A DNA stretch of 64,000 nucleotides from Terriglobia bacterium (GTDB lineage Bacteria; Acidobacteriota; Terriglobia; Bryobacterales; UBA6623): positions 577,756 through 641,755 of the forward strand of contig CAWGNS010000007.1 in assembly GCA_963824095.1 (NCBI GenBank), read 5' to 3'. Both the position numbers and the translations under genes were made by a program. Shown here piece by piece: positions 8,530 through 18,656 of this stretch. The first letter of the stretch is position 1. Each line of letters starts with the position of its first letter. The notes under the pieces were generated by a model. The model was not told the DNA's origin and did no database searches. It saw nothing but the letters and a program-made list of their open reading frames with translations.

Positions 8530-10110
8530 TCAGGGGCTTTGCGAACCAGTCGAAGCGCCCGCCGCGCCGCCGGCCGCGGGTTCCGCAATCGGCTCATAGA
8601 GATAGTCGCCTGCCAGCAGCGGTCCCGGAATGTGCGCCACCAGGCGGTAGTGCCGGCGGATCTCGTCCAACTGGGCTTCGGGGAGCGAGGGGATTTCCGG
8701 GTTGGCCGAGAGCATGGGACCGTCAAAGAGGTCGTCGTAGAGGATCACCAGCGAGAAGCGGCCCGCCGCCAGATCCCGACGCACCGCATCGGGGTCGACC
8801 ATTCCGGCCTTGACCAGCAGCGTGTAGATGAGCGGCTCGACTTCCAGAGGCTTGCCGGTCTGCAACAGCGGATCGATTTGCACCGACAGGATGCGCTTCC
8901 GCGGCATCAGATACGGACGCAAGGCGGCGACTTCCTGCCGCCGCAGTTGTTCGAGCACGTTGCGCTGCAGCACGGAGTTGGCCGTCAGGGCCAGGTTGAG
9001 AACCAGGTGCAGCAGCAGAGGAATTTGCAGCAGCGTGATCCAACCGGGGTCACCACGCAGCCACAACCGGAAGAAATCGAGACGATGCAGGCTCCAGCCG
9101 GCGCAGAGGCCGAGCAAGACCGTCGTTTCCAGTTGATAGTTGAGGTCCGAGCCGACCTTGGCAGCCGTCAGGGCCATCACCGCCGCGGCCGCGAGCAGAT
9201 AGACATGCAGCGGATGGAATCGGCTTCCCCGCCCGCCGCTTGCCCAGCCCGCCGCGGTGAGCACCAGCAGGCCGCCCGACGCCGGCAGAAAATACTGCAG
9301 GTGGCTCCAAACCTTGTCCATGCTGAAGGGGTTGAGATTGGCCAGCACGGCGTTTTCGAAGTAGCGCCCACCCACCAGCGTGTTGAGCCCCAAGGCGAGC
9401 GCGAGTCCGCAGGCGGCCAGGCAGACCGTGAACCACGCGCCGCGGCGGCGATTCGCGAGAAACAGCAGCAACGCGATAGAGACTCCCGCGGCGATAAAGC
9501 TTTGCTTGGTGAAGATGGCCAGCGCGATGCCGACGCCGCTCCAGACCAGCGGCGCCACCCGGCCGCTGACGCGGTGCAGCGAGTATTGGTAGAACGCCGC
9601 GATCGAAAAGCACAAACCGAGCATGTCGCTTTGCCCGACGGTCCCCCAATTCAGGAGGTTGGCGGTCGAGGCAATCAGCAAAGTCCCCGCGGCGGCCGCC
9701 GTTCTATCTCGCGTGTAGAGCAGCAACAGAAGCCAGCAGAAGTAGATGGTCGCCAGCAGCGCGCCTAGTGAGATCAGCCGGCCGGCGAGCAAGACCGGCA
9801 AACCGGCATGATGCAAGACCGCGGCCAGCGAGTAGAACACAGGGCCGTAGGGAGAAACGGTGAACGGGTAGTGCTCGAAATCGTAGTAGAGGCCCTCGCC
9901 GTTGGCCAGCATGGTGGCGTGAAAACCGATGATCGATTCGACCTGCGTGATTTCGTGCCGCGACCGCAGAGCGGTGACGACCTGGGCGGCAATTCCCAGC
10001 GCGGCCACGAAGGCGACAACGCGAAGGAAGCGGCGAAAACCCCGAGAGGCGCGGACCGGGTCCGGCGGAGCCGCGGCCGTGTCGGGCTCAAGGTATGTCT
10101 CTACGGTCAT
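8530..10110 (-). CDS. Multi-pass membrane protein resembling GT-C (ArnT/PMT-like) glycosyltransferases
   Basis: More than 10 predicted TM segments, an early loop DFEHYPFTVSPYGPVFY, and a large C-terminal soluble domain. ATG 10110 (MTVETYL) is preferred over the track start 10254. Confidence 0.55.
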   Translation of the reverse strand: MTVETYLEPDTAAAPPDPVRASRGFRRFLRVVAFVAALGIAAQVVTALRSRHEITQVESIIGFHATMLANGEGLYYDFEHYPFTVSPYGPVFYSLAAVLHHAGLPVLLAGRLISLGALLATIYFCWLLLLLYTRDRTAAAAGTLLIASTANLLNWGTVGQSDMLGLCFSIAAFYQYSLHRVSGRVAPLVWSGVGIALAIFTKQSFIAAGVSIALLLFLANRRRGAWFTVCLAACGLALALGLNTLVGGRYFENAVLANLNPFSMDKVWSHLQYFLPASGGLLVLTAAGWASGGRGSRFHPLHVYLLAAAAVMALTAAKVGSDLNYQLETTVLLGLCAGWSLHRLDFFRLWLRGDPGWITLLQIPLLLHLVLNLALTANSVLQRNVLEQLRRQEVAALRPYLMPRKRILSVQIDPLLQTGKPLEVEPLIYTLLVKAGMVDPDAVRRDLAAGRFSLVILYDDLFDGPMLSANPEIPSLPEAQLDEIRRHYRLVAHIPGPLLAGDYLYEPIAEPAAGGAAGASTGSQSP

Positions 10111-11311
10111 GGAGTTGCGCTGGCGTGACTTCACTCCCGGCGGAGCACGCGGCGGTCGGGCAGCAAAATCTCTAGTCAGGTCTCGAGCGTTTCGGGAGGC
10201 GAAACAGACTGATGCGAACGGTGGAAACGATGCCACCTGCTCTCTCTCTATCACAGCCCCGTGGGAGCGACAAGCTGTTTGGGCCTATTCTTCGGCCATT
10301 TAAGGGTTTACCCTCGCTGTCGTATCCGGACCGGCGGCGCAACGGCCCCCCGCCGCAAGCAGCGCGGACGCGGAAGTCGAGCGCTTCCTTTGTCCTTTGC
10401 TCCAGGAGGACGGATTCGCGAGCTAAGCTGGAGCGCGCAACCGCCGGCTCGCAGAGGCCGTGGACACGCCTGGGGCAAGCAAACATCGGGTTGTTTTCTC
10501 CAGGAATAAAAGTCAAAAAACACGGCGCTCGGAATTGTTTATCGTGGTTATCGATGGATACGACGACCTCTTTTCCTTCGTTTTCCCGATGGATCCCCGC
10601 GGTTCCTCACGGTCTCCCAGAAGGCCAACCTGGTGGTGCGCATTGTCCTACCCCTTTCTAACTCCCGCCTATTCAGCCTCAACGATGGTTGTTTGCGCGT
10701 TGGTCATGGAATGAGCGACGGCGGCAGTCCGACTCATACGCGATTCCATAAAACGGAGAAAAGACCCGAGCAAGCGCCAACTTACTTTCACGCCGCAAGA
10801 AAGCCCCCCCCTCGGGGGCCAATACAGTACTGCGTCCCGCGTGGTACCAGTAGCATTCATGAAGTACTAGACTCGACCCGGGATACGAGCACGGTTGCAG
10901 AACTCACCGCGATTAACGACAACAGCAAGAAGCGATCGAGAGCTACTTACAAGATCGAGAACAACACAGCCGCTGGCGAGGCAATACCCACGGCCCCGCC
11001 GATCTACTTCGAACAGGACGCACGCCGCGAAGCGGCTGCTCCTTTTCCCCACAACGATCTATTCTTTTGTTGCAAAACAGGGCCGATCGGCCGAGCTCGC
11101 CATGAAAAAACACGCTGGATAACCGCTCGCATTTCAGTTCGTGCTGTGCGACAATGTATCGACCTGAATCGGGCTGCAACGCTTTTGACCAAGAAGTCCA
11201 AGCGAACCGCCATGAAGCGAGGTCTGGTGACTAGAGGTCGAATACTTTCTAGGTCGGTCGCTGCCGGAAAGGGTTGACCCGCGCGGCAGCCGGAATGAGA
11301 ATGGAGATGGA

Positions 11312-11557
11312 ATGGCGAAAGAAACAGGTGTAGTGAAATGGTTCAACGCCGCCAAGGGCTATGGTTTCATTCGACGCTCCGACGGCGACGATGTGTTTGT
11401 GCACTATTCCGCGATTCAGATGTCGGGGTATCGCACGCTGGAAGAGGGCATGGAAGTGGATTTCGAGGTGCAGGACGGACCCAAAGGCCCACAAGCGGTC
11501 AATGTCGCTTCACCGGACAACAAAGCGGCGAGCGCGATGGGTTCTGACGCGGACTAA
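11312..11557 (+). CDS. Cold-shock domain protein (CspA family)
   Basis: RNP1 KGYGFI and RNP2 VFVHY motifs. An SD-like GGAGA lies just upstream of the ATG. Confidence 0.9.
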   Translation: MAKETGVVKWFNAAKGYGFIRRSDGDDVFVHYSAIQMSGYRTLEEGMEVDFEVQDGPKGPQAVNVASPDNKAASAMGSDAD

Positions 11558-11744
11558 GCAGCGGCGTCGAGTTCGAGGATAGTCAGGTAAAATCCAACTC
11601 AGAGATTTACCGCTTCGGCCCGCCATAAGGTAGGCAAGCCGATTGTTACAACATCGGCCCAGGGATCGGTGTGCGCCTGCCACGCGGTGCCGCCGAAAGC
11701 CAAGTTCGGCTGAGCGCGCCCAATCCGTTACAATTGCTACAAAC

Positions 11745-11815
11745 CTCTTCGCCGGTTGTCGCTGTTTTGCAGCGTGAAACAAAAACGGGCCGGCGAAGAG
11801 CTTTCGTTTTCGTTC
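11745..11815 (+). terminator. Putative intrinsic terminator downstream of csp
   Basis: An 11-bp stem CTCTTCGCCGG (11745-11755) / CCGGCGAAGAG (11790-11800) with an inner hairpin CGCTGttttgCAGCG, followed by CTTTCGTTTTCGTT. Confidence 0.55.
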
Positions 11816-11847
11816 GCAGTTATCGCGACACCCTCCCGGCCGCGCCC

Positions 11848-12315
11848 ATGATGTCCCCCCGTATTCTGGAAAACATCGAACAAATCGAGGCCCTGGCCGG
11901 ACAGGAGGCGGGTGTCAGCGACTGGGTCGAGGTCGGCCAGGAGCGCATCGCCCAGTTCGCCGAGGCGACCGGGGATCACCAATGGATCCACCTCGACGCC
12001 GAACGCGCCGCCGCCGAGTCGCCCTACCAGTCCACCATCGCGCACGGATTTTTAAGTCTGTCGCTGCTGCCGACGCTGGCGCGCCAGGTGGTGCAGTTCG
12101 GCGACGGGTTTCGAATGACCATCAACTACGGCTTGAACCGCGTGCGGTTTCCCGCCGCGGTGCGTTCGGGGACGCGCGTTCGCGGCCGATTCCGGCTGGC
12201 GGGCACGGAACAATGCGAGGGAGGGATTCAACTGCTGTGGGCCGTAACGGTCGAGGCGGAAGGCTCTCCCAAGCCGTGCGTGGTAGCGGAATGGCTGACC
12301 CGCGCCTATCGGTAA
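11848..12315 (+). CDS. MaoC-like (R)-hydratase/dehydratase (hot-dog fold)
   Basis: FAEATGDHQWIHLDAERA and TIAHGFLSLSL motifs. ATG 11848 is preferred over the track start 11671. Confidence 0.75.
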   Translation: MMSPRILENIEQIEALAGQEAGVSDWVEVGQERIAQFAEATGDHQWIHLDAERAAAESPYQSTIAHGFLSLSLLPTLARQVVQFGDGFRMTINYGLNRVRFPAAVRSGTRVRGRFRLAGTEQCEGGIQLLWAVTVEAEGSPKPCVVAEWLTRAYR

Positions 12316-12380
12316 GCCGCAGAAAATCCCCCGAAGCGAACCCGGTTCCGCCCAACACCGCAAAGAAGCCACAAGCCCGC

Positions 12381-12436
12381 ACCGTGGCGTGAACCTCCAG
12401 GTTTGCCGCGTCGCGATTCTTCGCGAGGCAGGGCCC
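12381..12436 (+). repeat. Copy A of a ~55-70-bp TIR-like repeat (GTGAACCTCCAGGTTTGCCGCGTC + hairpin)
   Basis: ACCGTGGCGTGAACCTCCAGGTTTGCCGCGTCGCGATTCTTCGCGAGGCAGGGCCC. It is near-identical to the copies at 17828-17899 (rc), 25275-25331 and 25506-25562 (rc). Confidence 0.7.
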
Positions 12437-12629
12437 TTTAGCGATAGAGTTTGTGCGCCTCTTAGAGGAGGCAGGCCGTTTGTGGGACGACCGCGCGGCT
12501 TGGGGAAAAGCGCGGGTAGTGGGCGCGTCAGAGAGAAGGTTTGGGGGCCGCGAGCTACGCCGTGCGCTTTGCAATACGGCGCGGTTCGCCGGCTTCGCCC
12601 CCGGCTTTTTCCTGGTTTTGCGAATGTTT

Positions 12630-12650
12630 GCACAGGCCGGAGGCCTGCGC
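12630..12650. repeat. CAGGC-type palindromic (REP-like) hairpin
   Basis: GCACAGGCC gga GGCCTGCGC. With its flanks (TTTGCACAGGCCGGAGGCCTGCGCTAC) it is almost identical to the reverse complement of 48267-48293. Confidence 0.6.
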
Positions 12651-12656
12651 TACGGG

Positions 12657-13649
12657 CTACTCGGAAAAAGCGGCGTCGAAAGCCCGGCCCGAGGGGGCGA
12701 AGTCCACTCGTCTGGTGAATGCGCAGGCTTCTTTTGCGCCGGCCTCGCGGTCCATTCCGCTGTCTTCCCACTCGATCGACAACGGGCCGCTGTAGCCGTT
12801 GTGATTCAACTGCCGGATGATTTCGCCGAATTTCACGCCGCCGTGGCCGAGCGAACGGAAGTCCCAGCCGCGGTTGGCGTCGCCGAAATTGAGATGCGAG
12901 CCCAGGATGCCGCTGCGGCCGTCGATCTGCAGCGCGGCATCTTTCATGTGCACGTGGTAAATGCGGTCCTTGAACTCGCGCAGGAACTGCACCGGATCAA
13001 CCAATTGCCAGTGCAAGTGGCTGGGGTCGAAATTGAAGCCGAACGTGTCGCGATAGTTGATCGCCTCCAGCGCGCGCTGCGCCGTATAGATATCGAAAGC
13101 GATCTCGGTGGGGTGCACTTCGAGCGCGAATTTGACGCCGCATTCGTCGAACACGTCGAGGATCGGCGTCCACAACTTGGCGAAGTATTTGTAGCCGTCG
13201 TCGATCATCGAATCGGGCACCGGCGGGAAACTGTAGAGCAGATGCCAGATCGACGAGCCCGTGAAGCCGTTGACGACGCTGAGCCCGAGGTTTTTCGCGG
13301 CGCGCGCGGTGACCTTCATGGCCTCAATGGCCCAGGCGCGCTTTTTACCCGCTTTGCCGGCGCATTCGGGCGGTGCGAAACCGTCCGAGCGGCTGTCGTT
13401 GTTGGGGTCGCAGACCAACTGCCCGACCAGGTGATTGGAAATCGCGAACAGTTGCAGATTGTTGTCGTCGAGGATCTTGCGCTGCCGCGCGCAATAGCGC
13501 TTGTCCGTAGCAGCCTTGAAGACGTCCATATGGTCGCCCCAACAGGCCAATTCGAGTCCGTCGTAGCCCCAGGCGGCGGCTTTTTTGGCCAGAACTTTCA
13601 GCGGCAGATCGGCCCACTGTCCGGTAAACAAAGTTACGGGTCGGCTCAT
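12657..13649 (-). CDS. Sugar phosphate isomerase/epimerase (xylose-isomerase-like TIM barrel)
   Basis: Typical family sequence ([13 protein letters not shown]..., [15 protein letters not shown]). ATG 13649 is preceded by a strong SD AAGGAGGAG. The track start 13763 is rejected. Confidence 0.8.
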   Translation of the reverse strand: MSRPVTLFTGQWADLPLKVLAKKAAAWGYDGLELACWGDHMDVFKAATDKRYCARQRKILDDNNLQLFAISNHLVGQLVCDPNNDSRSDGFAPPECAGKAGKKRAWAIEAMKVTARAAKNLGLSVVNGFTGSSIWHLLYSFPPVPDSMIDDGYKYFAKLWTPILDVFDECGVKFALEVHPTEIAFDIYTAQRALEAINYRDTFGFNFDPSHLHWQLVDPVQFLREFKDRIYHVHMKDAALQIDGRSGILGSHLNFGDANRGWDFRSLGHGGVKFGEIIRQLNHNGYSGPLSIEWEDSGMDREAGAKEACAFTRRVDFAPSGRAFDAAFSE

Positions 13650-14047
13650 GAATGGCTCCTCCTTGGATGGGTACTGACAGGCTTGGATGAGTGCCGACAG
13701 GCGGGCCGCTTCGCTGGCGATCGGAGCAATCTTCCCGGAGCGGCGCGCCGGCAGCGGCCGCATTCGCCGGAAATTTTGTCAGAAACCTGCCGAATGCATC
13801 CAAGCGAGTGTAGCAAACCTATGTGGCCGCGCGTGGTTGGCGGGCGATCGCGATGCGCCAGTGCAGTCGGGAGCCGCGGGGAATTGCGCGCCGTCCCCCC
13901 GGAGAGCGCAAAAACAGAGCCGCACCCGGGGGGGTCGAGCCGCCCGCCTTTTGGCGAACCGTGGGGCTCGGCGAATCTCCTGGTCCAGGCGCGACCTTCG
14001 TGAATTCATCGCTGTCCGTAAGGGCGAACGATTGCAGTTGACTCTCC

Positions 14048-16648
14048 CTATCTTTTCGTTCGCAGCAACTCTTCGTAAATATCGAGTTGTTGCTTCGCGG
14101 CGCGGTCCCAACTATAGCGCGCTTCGACGCAGGCGCGCCCCTGGCGGCCCATGGTCTGGCGCAGGCCGTCGTCGGCCAGCAGTCGCAAGGCGGCGGCGGC
14201 GAAGGCGGCGGACTCGGATTCGACCAGCAATTCGCGGCCGGCTTCGACGGCGAGCCCTTCGCAGGCGGCGGGGGTGGCGACGACCGGGCGGCTCATCGCC
14301 ATGGCTTCGAGCACGCGGGACGACGCGCCGCCGCCCGTGGCCCGCGGCGCCAGCACGGCGGCGGCGCGCTCATAGAGCGGACGCAAATCGCCGACGTGGC
14401 CCAGCACGGTGAGCCGCGGGTCATCCGGCAGCGGATGCCGATAGCGCCGCCGCCAGTGCAGCCGATAGTGCTCGCCGGCGACCACTGTCAAGCGCGCTCC
14501 CGGACGAGCCTCGGCGATGCGCGGCCAGATTTGCTCGAGCAAAATCCGCAGCGCTGCAAGGTTCGCAAAGTCGTCGATGCCGCCGACAAACAGCAGGTCT
14601 TGTTCGCCGGGGTCGGGGCCCTGGCTGCGAAAGTGTGCGGTGTCGACGCCGTTTTCAACGACACGCAGCAGCGGCGGTTTCATGCTTCGCTCCAGTTGCT
14701 CGCGGCCGGGCGCGCTGGCCGCGACGATGCAGTCGAAGCGCGGCAAGTGGCGCAACTCGTAGCGCCGCCACGCCGCGGCCTCGCGCCGGAAATGCCGGCC
14801 GGCACGGAGCATGCGGCTTACGCGGAACATGCCGCCGGCGCGCGCCTGGGTGAGGCTTGGGAAACGCAGCTCGGGCGCCTGCAGAATCGTCGCGGCGGAG
14901 CCGTGCTGCAGCCACGAGCCCGCCATCGCGAGCAAACTGCCCTCGACTTCCAGCAGCGGAATCGCGTCGTCGTCAAGCAGTATTTCCAGATGCCGCCGCA
15001 TCACCACAGTTTGAAATGGCCCGACCCCGGCGGGCAGCCCCGCGATCAGCGCGGGAATCGGCTCAGGCCCGGGGCGGATCACGACCAGTCGCGCACAATG
15101 GGCAAGCAGCGCCTCGACCTGCGCGTCGGCGGTCTTGGCGGCATAGCAAAACAGGGACAGATCGCAATCAGCGGAGAGGCGCCTCAATAAGTGATGCGCG
15201 CGCGCCGCGCCGCCGCCCGCCGACGGATGCGGCAATTCGGACGTCAGCATCGCCAGCCGCAACGCCTTGCCGCGTTGGCGGCCCTCATAAATCAACGACC
15301 CGGGCTCAGCGAGCGGCGCGAGCTGGGCGCTGGGCCTTCCCTTCCCCGGCGGCACGCGCAGCCGGCGCACCGCCGCCCGATAGGAGTCGCGAAACTCGGG
15401 CGTGCGGGCGTGGCGATGCAGCAAGCGCGCCGCCGCGGCGAGGCTGTCGCAAGCCGGCAGCAGCGCCGCCAGGGGAGGCCCCTCGACCTCATGCCGAGGC
15501 GGTGCGGGTGGATGAATCGCGGTGGCGTCGATGCCGCCAGCGTAGACGGTCTTGTGGCCGCGCAGCCAGCCGCGCAGGCTCAACGCCGCCCAACCCTGCC
15601 CCGGCAGCGCGGCTTCCCAGGCAGCCAATCCGCCCAGTTCGACAAACACGTCGCGCCGGAACGCCATCAGCGGCGAGTGTGCGCCCAGGCAAAACGTGCC
15701 GCTTTCGCCGGGACGGTGGGGGGCCCAGCCTTCGCCGAGCACCTGCTTGAAACCGGCCCGGCCGCATACCAGCCAAACGCCGGGCCGCTGCAGATGTTGG
15801 CGCAACGCCGCGACAGTGTCCGAATCGGGCAGCAGCGGATCGGGCGACACCACCATCTCGGCCGCATCGCATTGGGCGACCTGACGGTCAAACTTGGCGG
15901 CGTCGGAGTCGGGCCCGCACAACACCGCGCAGCCGTCGCGGGAGGGCCCTTGCGCCACCGGGTTGCGCGACGCCCGGCCGCGGCGTAGCCACCAGCCGGC
16001 CAGCAGCGTGGCGACCCCTATCCACGCCACCCACTCGCGCAAAAACGCCAGCCACGTGGACCGCCAGAGGTCGGCCGCCGGCGCGCCGCGCAGAAAGCGC
16101 CAGGAAGCGATCGGGTGGCGCCAGTCGATCCGCCAGCTTTCGCCGTCTTGGTTGAAAACCAGCAGCTTGCTCGCGCTCAGCGCCGCCGCCGGCCAGCGCC
16201 GGGCCAGCGCCCCGCCCGATGTGAGTTCGAACACGACCAGCTCGATCCGGCGTTGTAACAAACTGCGCCGCAGGCCGATCAAGCTGCGTGAAGGCCGGAT
16301 CGGGTCCAAGACCATGAATTCCCGCACGTCGCGGAACTTTTTTTCGTCGAGCTTCCGCCAACTGACGATCAGGCGGGGCGCGGTCGGGTGCGATCGCCCG
16401 ACGTGGTCGGCCATGGCCACCGATCGGGGGCCGTCATCGGCCACGAAGACCACGATCCAGCGCGGCCCGGAGCGTCCCAGCGCCCAGTCGGCGAAGTTGT
16501 CGAAACGGATTCCCACGCGAAGCAGGAATCCTGGCACGCTTACGGCGTCCCGCGCAACTTGCGGGCGAAACTGTTTGAAACAGAGTTTTTGGGACATGTT
16601 TGAGGTTCGCCCCGCCCGCCGGACGCCCGAGAGCGCCCTCCCAACCAT
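14048..16648 (-). CDS. Large multidomain glycosyltransferase with a C-terminal GT4 (GT-B) domain
   Basis: The C-terminal half shows GT4 hallmarks (LFVGG..., SSRVLEAMAMSRPVVATPAACEGL). The N-terminal ~450 aa is poorly characterised. The start is uncertain (MSQKL at 16597 is possible). Confidence 0.7.
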   Translation of the reverse strand: MVGRALSGVRRAGRTSNMSQKLCFKQFRPQVARDAVSVPGFLLRVGIRFDNFADWALGRSGPRWIVVFVADDGPRSVAMADHVGRSHPTAPRLIVSWRKLDEKKFRDVREFMVLDPIRPSRSLIGLRRSLLQRRIELVVFELTSGGALARRWPAAALSASKLLVFNQDGESWRIDWRHPIASWRFLRGAPAADLWRSTWLAFLREWVAWIGVATLLAGWWLRRGRASRNPVAQGPSRDGCAVLCGPDSDAAKFDRQVAQCDAAEMVVSPDPLLPDSDTVAALRQHLQRPGVWLVCGRAGFKQVLGEGWAPHRPGESGTFCLGAHSPLMAFRRDVFVELGGLAAWEAALPGQGWAALSLRGWLRGHKTVYAGGIDATAIHPPAPPRHEVEGPPLAALLPACDSLAAAARLLHRHARTPEFRDSYRAAVRRLRVPPGKGRPSAQLAPLAEPGSLIYEGRQRGKALRLAMLTSELPHPSAGGGAARAHHLLRRLSADCDLSLFCYAAKTADAQVEALLAHCARLVVIRPGPEPIPALIAGLPAGVGPFQTVVMRRHLEILLDDDAIPLLEVEGSLLAMAGSWLQHGSAATILQAPELRFPSLTQARAGGMFRVSRMLRAGRHFRREAAAWRRYELRHLPRFDCIVAASAPGREQLERSMKPPLLRVVENGVDTAHFRSQGPDPGEQDLLFVGGIDDFANLAALRILLEQIWPRIAEARPGARLTVVAGEHYRLHWRRRYRHPLPDDPRLTVLGHVGDLRPLYERAAAVLAPRATGGGASSRVLEAMAMSRPVVATPAACEGLAVEAGRELLVESESAAFAAAALRLLADDGLRQTMGRQGRACVEARYSWDRAAKQQLDIYEELLRTKR

Positions 16649-16932
16649 GGTTCAGTACTTCATAGGACCCTGCTCGGGTGCTTCCGCACAGGCCCTGTCC
16701 GCATACCTCTCCACCACGCTTAACCGTCCTGTCTACAATGGCATAGATCGCATCAGAAACCGCCGCCACCGGGGTGGGAAGAGCCGCAAATTTTTGTTTC
16801 CGGGCCCGTGCCAAAGTAACTCCGGATGCGCTATATTTAGATCGACCTCCACGGGAAGTACTAGGAGCCGCACCGCAAAAGAGTCCCCCCTCCAAATGTG
16901 AGGGTGCAAATCCAAACGAAAGAGGTCTTTTC

Positions 16933-17736
16933 GTGGAAAGAACCGCGACGCACGAAACCGAATACGTTGACATCGTCCTCGGTTACCATCACATTCTCGT
17001 GTTCAGCCTGGTTTTCGGAGTACTGATCTTCGGTACCGGGTTTTTCATCGGCTACTATCGGGCGCGCAGCGACCACGCGGACCGCGCCGCGGTCCAGAGC
17101 ACCACGACTCCGCAGTCGAGTTCTGCCGCGCCAGCCGGGGAGTTGCCGCCGGTCCAGATGCCGGCCGTGCTCACCCAACCACAGACGCAGCCGGCCGGTG
17201 ACGTTGTCCAGGAGATGGAGAAGGCGACCAGCGAGTTGGCTCCCAATGGGGCGGCTCCGACCGGAACGGGGACGCCCGCGCCACCGGCGGCCGATTCCAC
17301 AGCGGCGTCCGAAGCAGCCGCGACGCAGGCGGCCGTGACGGCTGCAGTCCCCGCCGCGGAGCCTCCTTCGGTGCCTGCGCCCGCCCCGGCGCCGGCCAAG
17401 CCCGCGGCCGCGCCGCCGCCGGTATCTCACAGCGAACCGGCGGCCAACGGCCAAGCCAGCGCGCCCGCCGCGAAACCTGCCCCGCGCGCCGACGCTAAGC
17501 CGGCCAATGCGGGGGGCAACGTCTATCTGCAAGTGTCTACCTTCGACGCGCAGCAGGAAGCGGAAAAGCTGACCAACGAACTGGCCGCCGAGGGCTTTCG
17601 AGCGCTGATCGACGGCGAGTTGGTGGAAGGTCGCCACACCGTGCTGGTCGGGCCGTTTTCGGATTTCAAATCCGCCGTGGGCAAGGCCAAAGAGCTCAAA
17701 GAACACAATCGCGAGGCGTTCCCGATCCGGCGCTAA
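16933..17736 (+). CDS. SPOR-domain (septal peptidoglycan-binding) membrane protein
   Basis: One TM (ILVFSLVFGVLIFGTGFFIGYY), a long Ala/Pro-rich linker, and a C-terminal SPOR-like domain (VYLQVSTFDAQQEAEKL...VLVGPFSDFKSA). GTG 16933 with upstream AAGAGG is preferred over 16774. Confidence 0.7.
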   Translation: MERTATHETEYVDIVLGYHHILVFSLVFGVLIFGTGFFIGYYRARSDHADRAAVQSTTTPQSSSAAPAGELPPVQMPAVLTQPQTQPAGDVVQEMEKATSELAPNGAAPTGTGTPAPPAADSTAASEAAATQAAVTAAVPAAEPPSVPAPAPAPAKPAAAPPPVSHSEPAANGQASAPAAKPAPRADAKPANAGGNVYLQVSTFDAQQEAEKLTNELAAEGFRALIDGELVEGRHTVLVGPFSDFKSAVGKAKELKEHNREAFPIRR

Positions 17737-17827
17737 CGGCGGCTGTTTCCGCAGGCCAGTGCGGACTTGCGGAAAAATTGCATTCAGGTCCGGCAGCGAT
17801 ACAACTCCAGCAAGGCCTCCGGGGCGC

Positions 17828-17899
17828 GGGGCCCTACGTCACGACGACACTACGTCGCGACAAATTGCGACGCGGCAAACCTGGAGGTTCACGCCACGG
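17828..17899 (-). repeat. Copy B of the TIR-like repeat (inverted relative to copy A)
   Basis: The reverse complement reads CCGTGGCGTGAACCTCCAGGTTTGCCGCGTCGCAATTTGTCGCGACGTAGTGTCGTCGTGACGTAGGGCCCC. Confidence 0.7.
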
Positions 17900-18209
17900 A
17901 TGTGGTTTTTTGCTTCTGTTCCTTTTCGGTCCGCCGGCTCAGCTTGACCGAGGTTCGCGCTCCTGGGTGCTTGCTCCGCAGCCCGGGAAAGCCTGCAGGT
18001 CGTTCCCGCTCGATGGCTTCCTTGGATCGCTGGAAGGCACATCGGCCCGCGCCGCGTTCGTTGCGACTGCCAGTTGTACCCGCCTCACGGTTCCCGTGCA
18101 CCCCTGGAACGTCTTTGACAGCCGCCTTCGGCGCTCGGGATAATGGTCAGGTCCGGTTCGTTTGCCGGCTACGCTGGGCGGTCCGCGCAGTAGAGAAGGA
18201 GAGCTTTTC

Positions 18210-18533
18210 GTGAGTTACCAATACAAGGAGCTGAAGCACAAGCGGATGGCCGACCTGCGCCAGATCGCTTCGGGCCTCGACCACGAAGCGGTCAAGGGCT
18301 ACACGCAGTTCACCAAGCAGCAGCTCCTCGACGCCCTGTGCACGGCGCTCGGCATCGACAAGCACGAGCACCATGACGCGGTTGGCGTGGATAAGTCCAA
18401 AGTCAAAACCGAGATTCGCGCGCTGAAAGTCAAGCGCGACGAGGCGGTCAAGGCTCATAACCACAAGGAGCTGAAAACCACACGCCGCGAGATCCACCGC
18501 CTCAAGCGTACGATCCGCAAAGCTCTGGTGTAA
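18210..18533 (+). CDS. Small protein with a Rho_N/SAP-like N-terminal domain
   Basis: YQYKELKHKRMADLRQIASGLDHEAVKGYTQFTKQQLLDAL resembles Rho termination factor N-terminal domain-containing small proteins. GTG 18210 is preceded by SD GAAGGAGAG. Confidence 0.6.
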   Translation: MSYQYKELKHKRMADLRQIASGLDHEAVKGYTQFTKQQLLDALCTALGIDKHEHHDAVGVDKSKVKTEIRALKVKRDEAVKAHNHKELKTTRREIHRLKRTIRKALV

Positions 18534-18656
18534 GGGCGAGCTGTACAGAAAGAGCAACACAGACAGGATTGTCTGTGCCACATCGCTGCCGCTTTTCTCT
18601 TTGCACAATTTTCGATGGGTCAGGGTTTGGAGCGCGGGCTTACCGCGCTGCTTCAT

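Noticed and set aside
10669-10710. Possible tmRNA tag (minus strand ...ANAQTTIVEAE*)
   Set aside because: The tag does not end in the usual hydrophobic Ala-Ala type C-terminus. I could find no tRNA-like acceptor/T-arm (GGTTCGAATCC...CCA) nearby.
10633-11277. 214-aa plus-strand ORF in the csp upstream spacer
   Set aside because: It has atypical composition, no motifs and no RBS, and overlapping ORFs of similar length exist on both strands. It is treated as non-coding and reported as an unusual spacer instead.
11273-11301. TTGACC-17 nt-GAGAAT promoter-like pair immediately upstream of csp
   Set aside because: It would place the TSS inside or after the Shine-Dalgarno sequence. The TTGACC also sits in the loop of the 11260-11290 hairpin. 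An upstream start with a long leader is more plausible.
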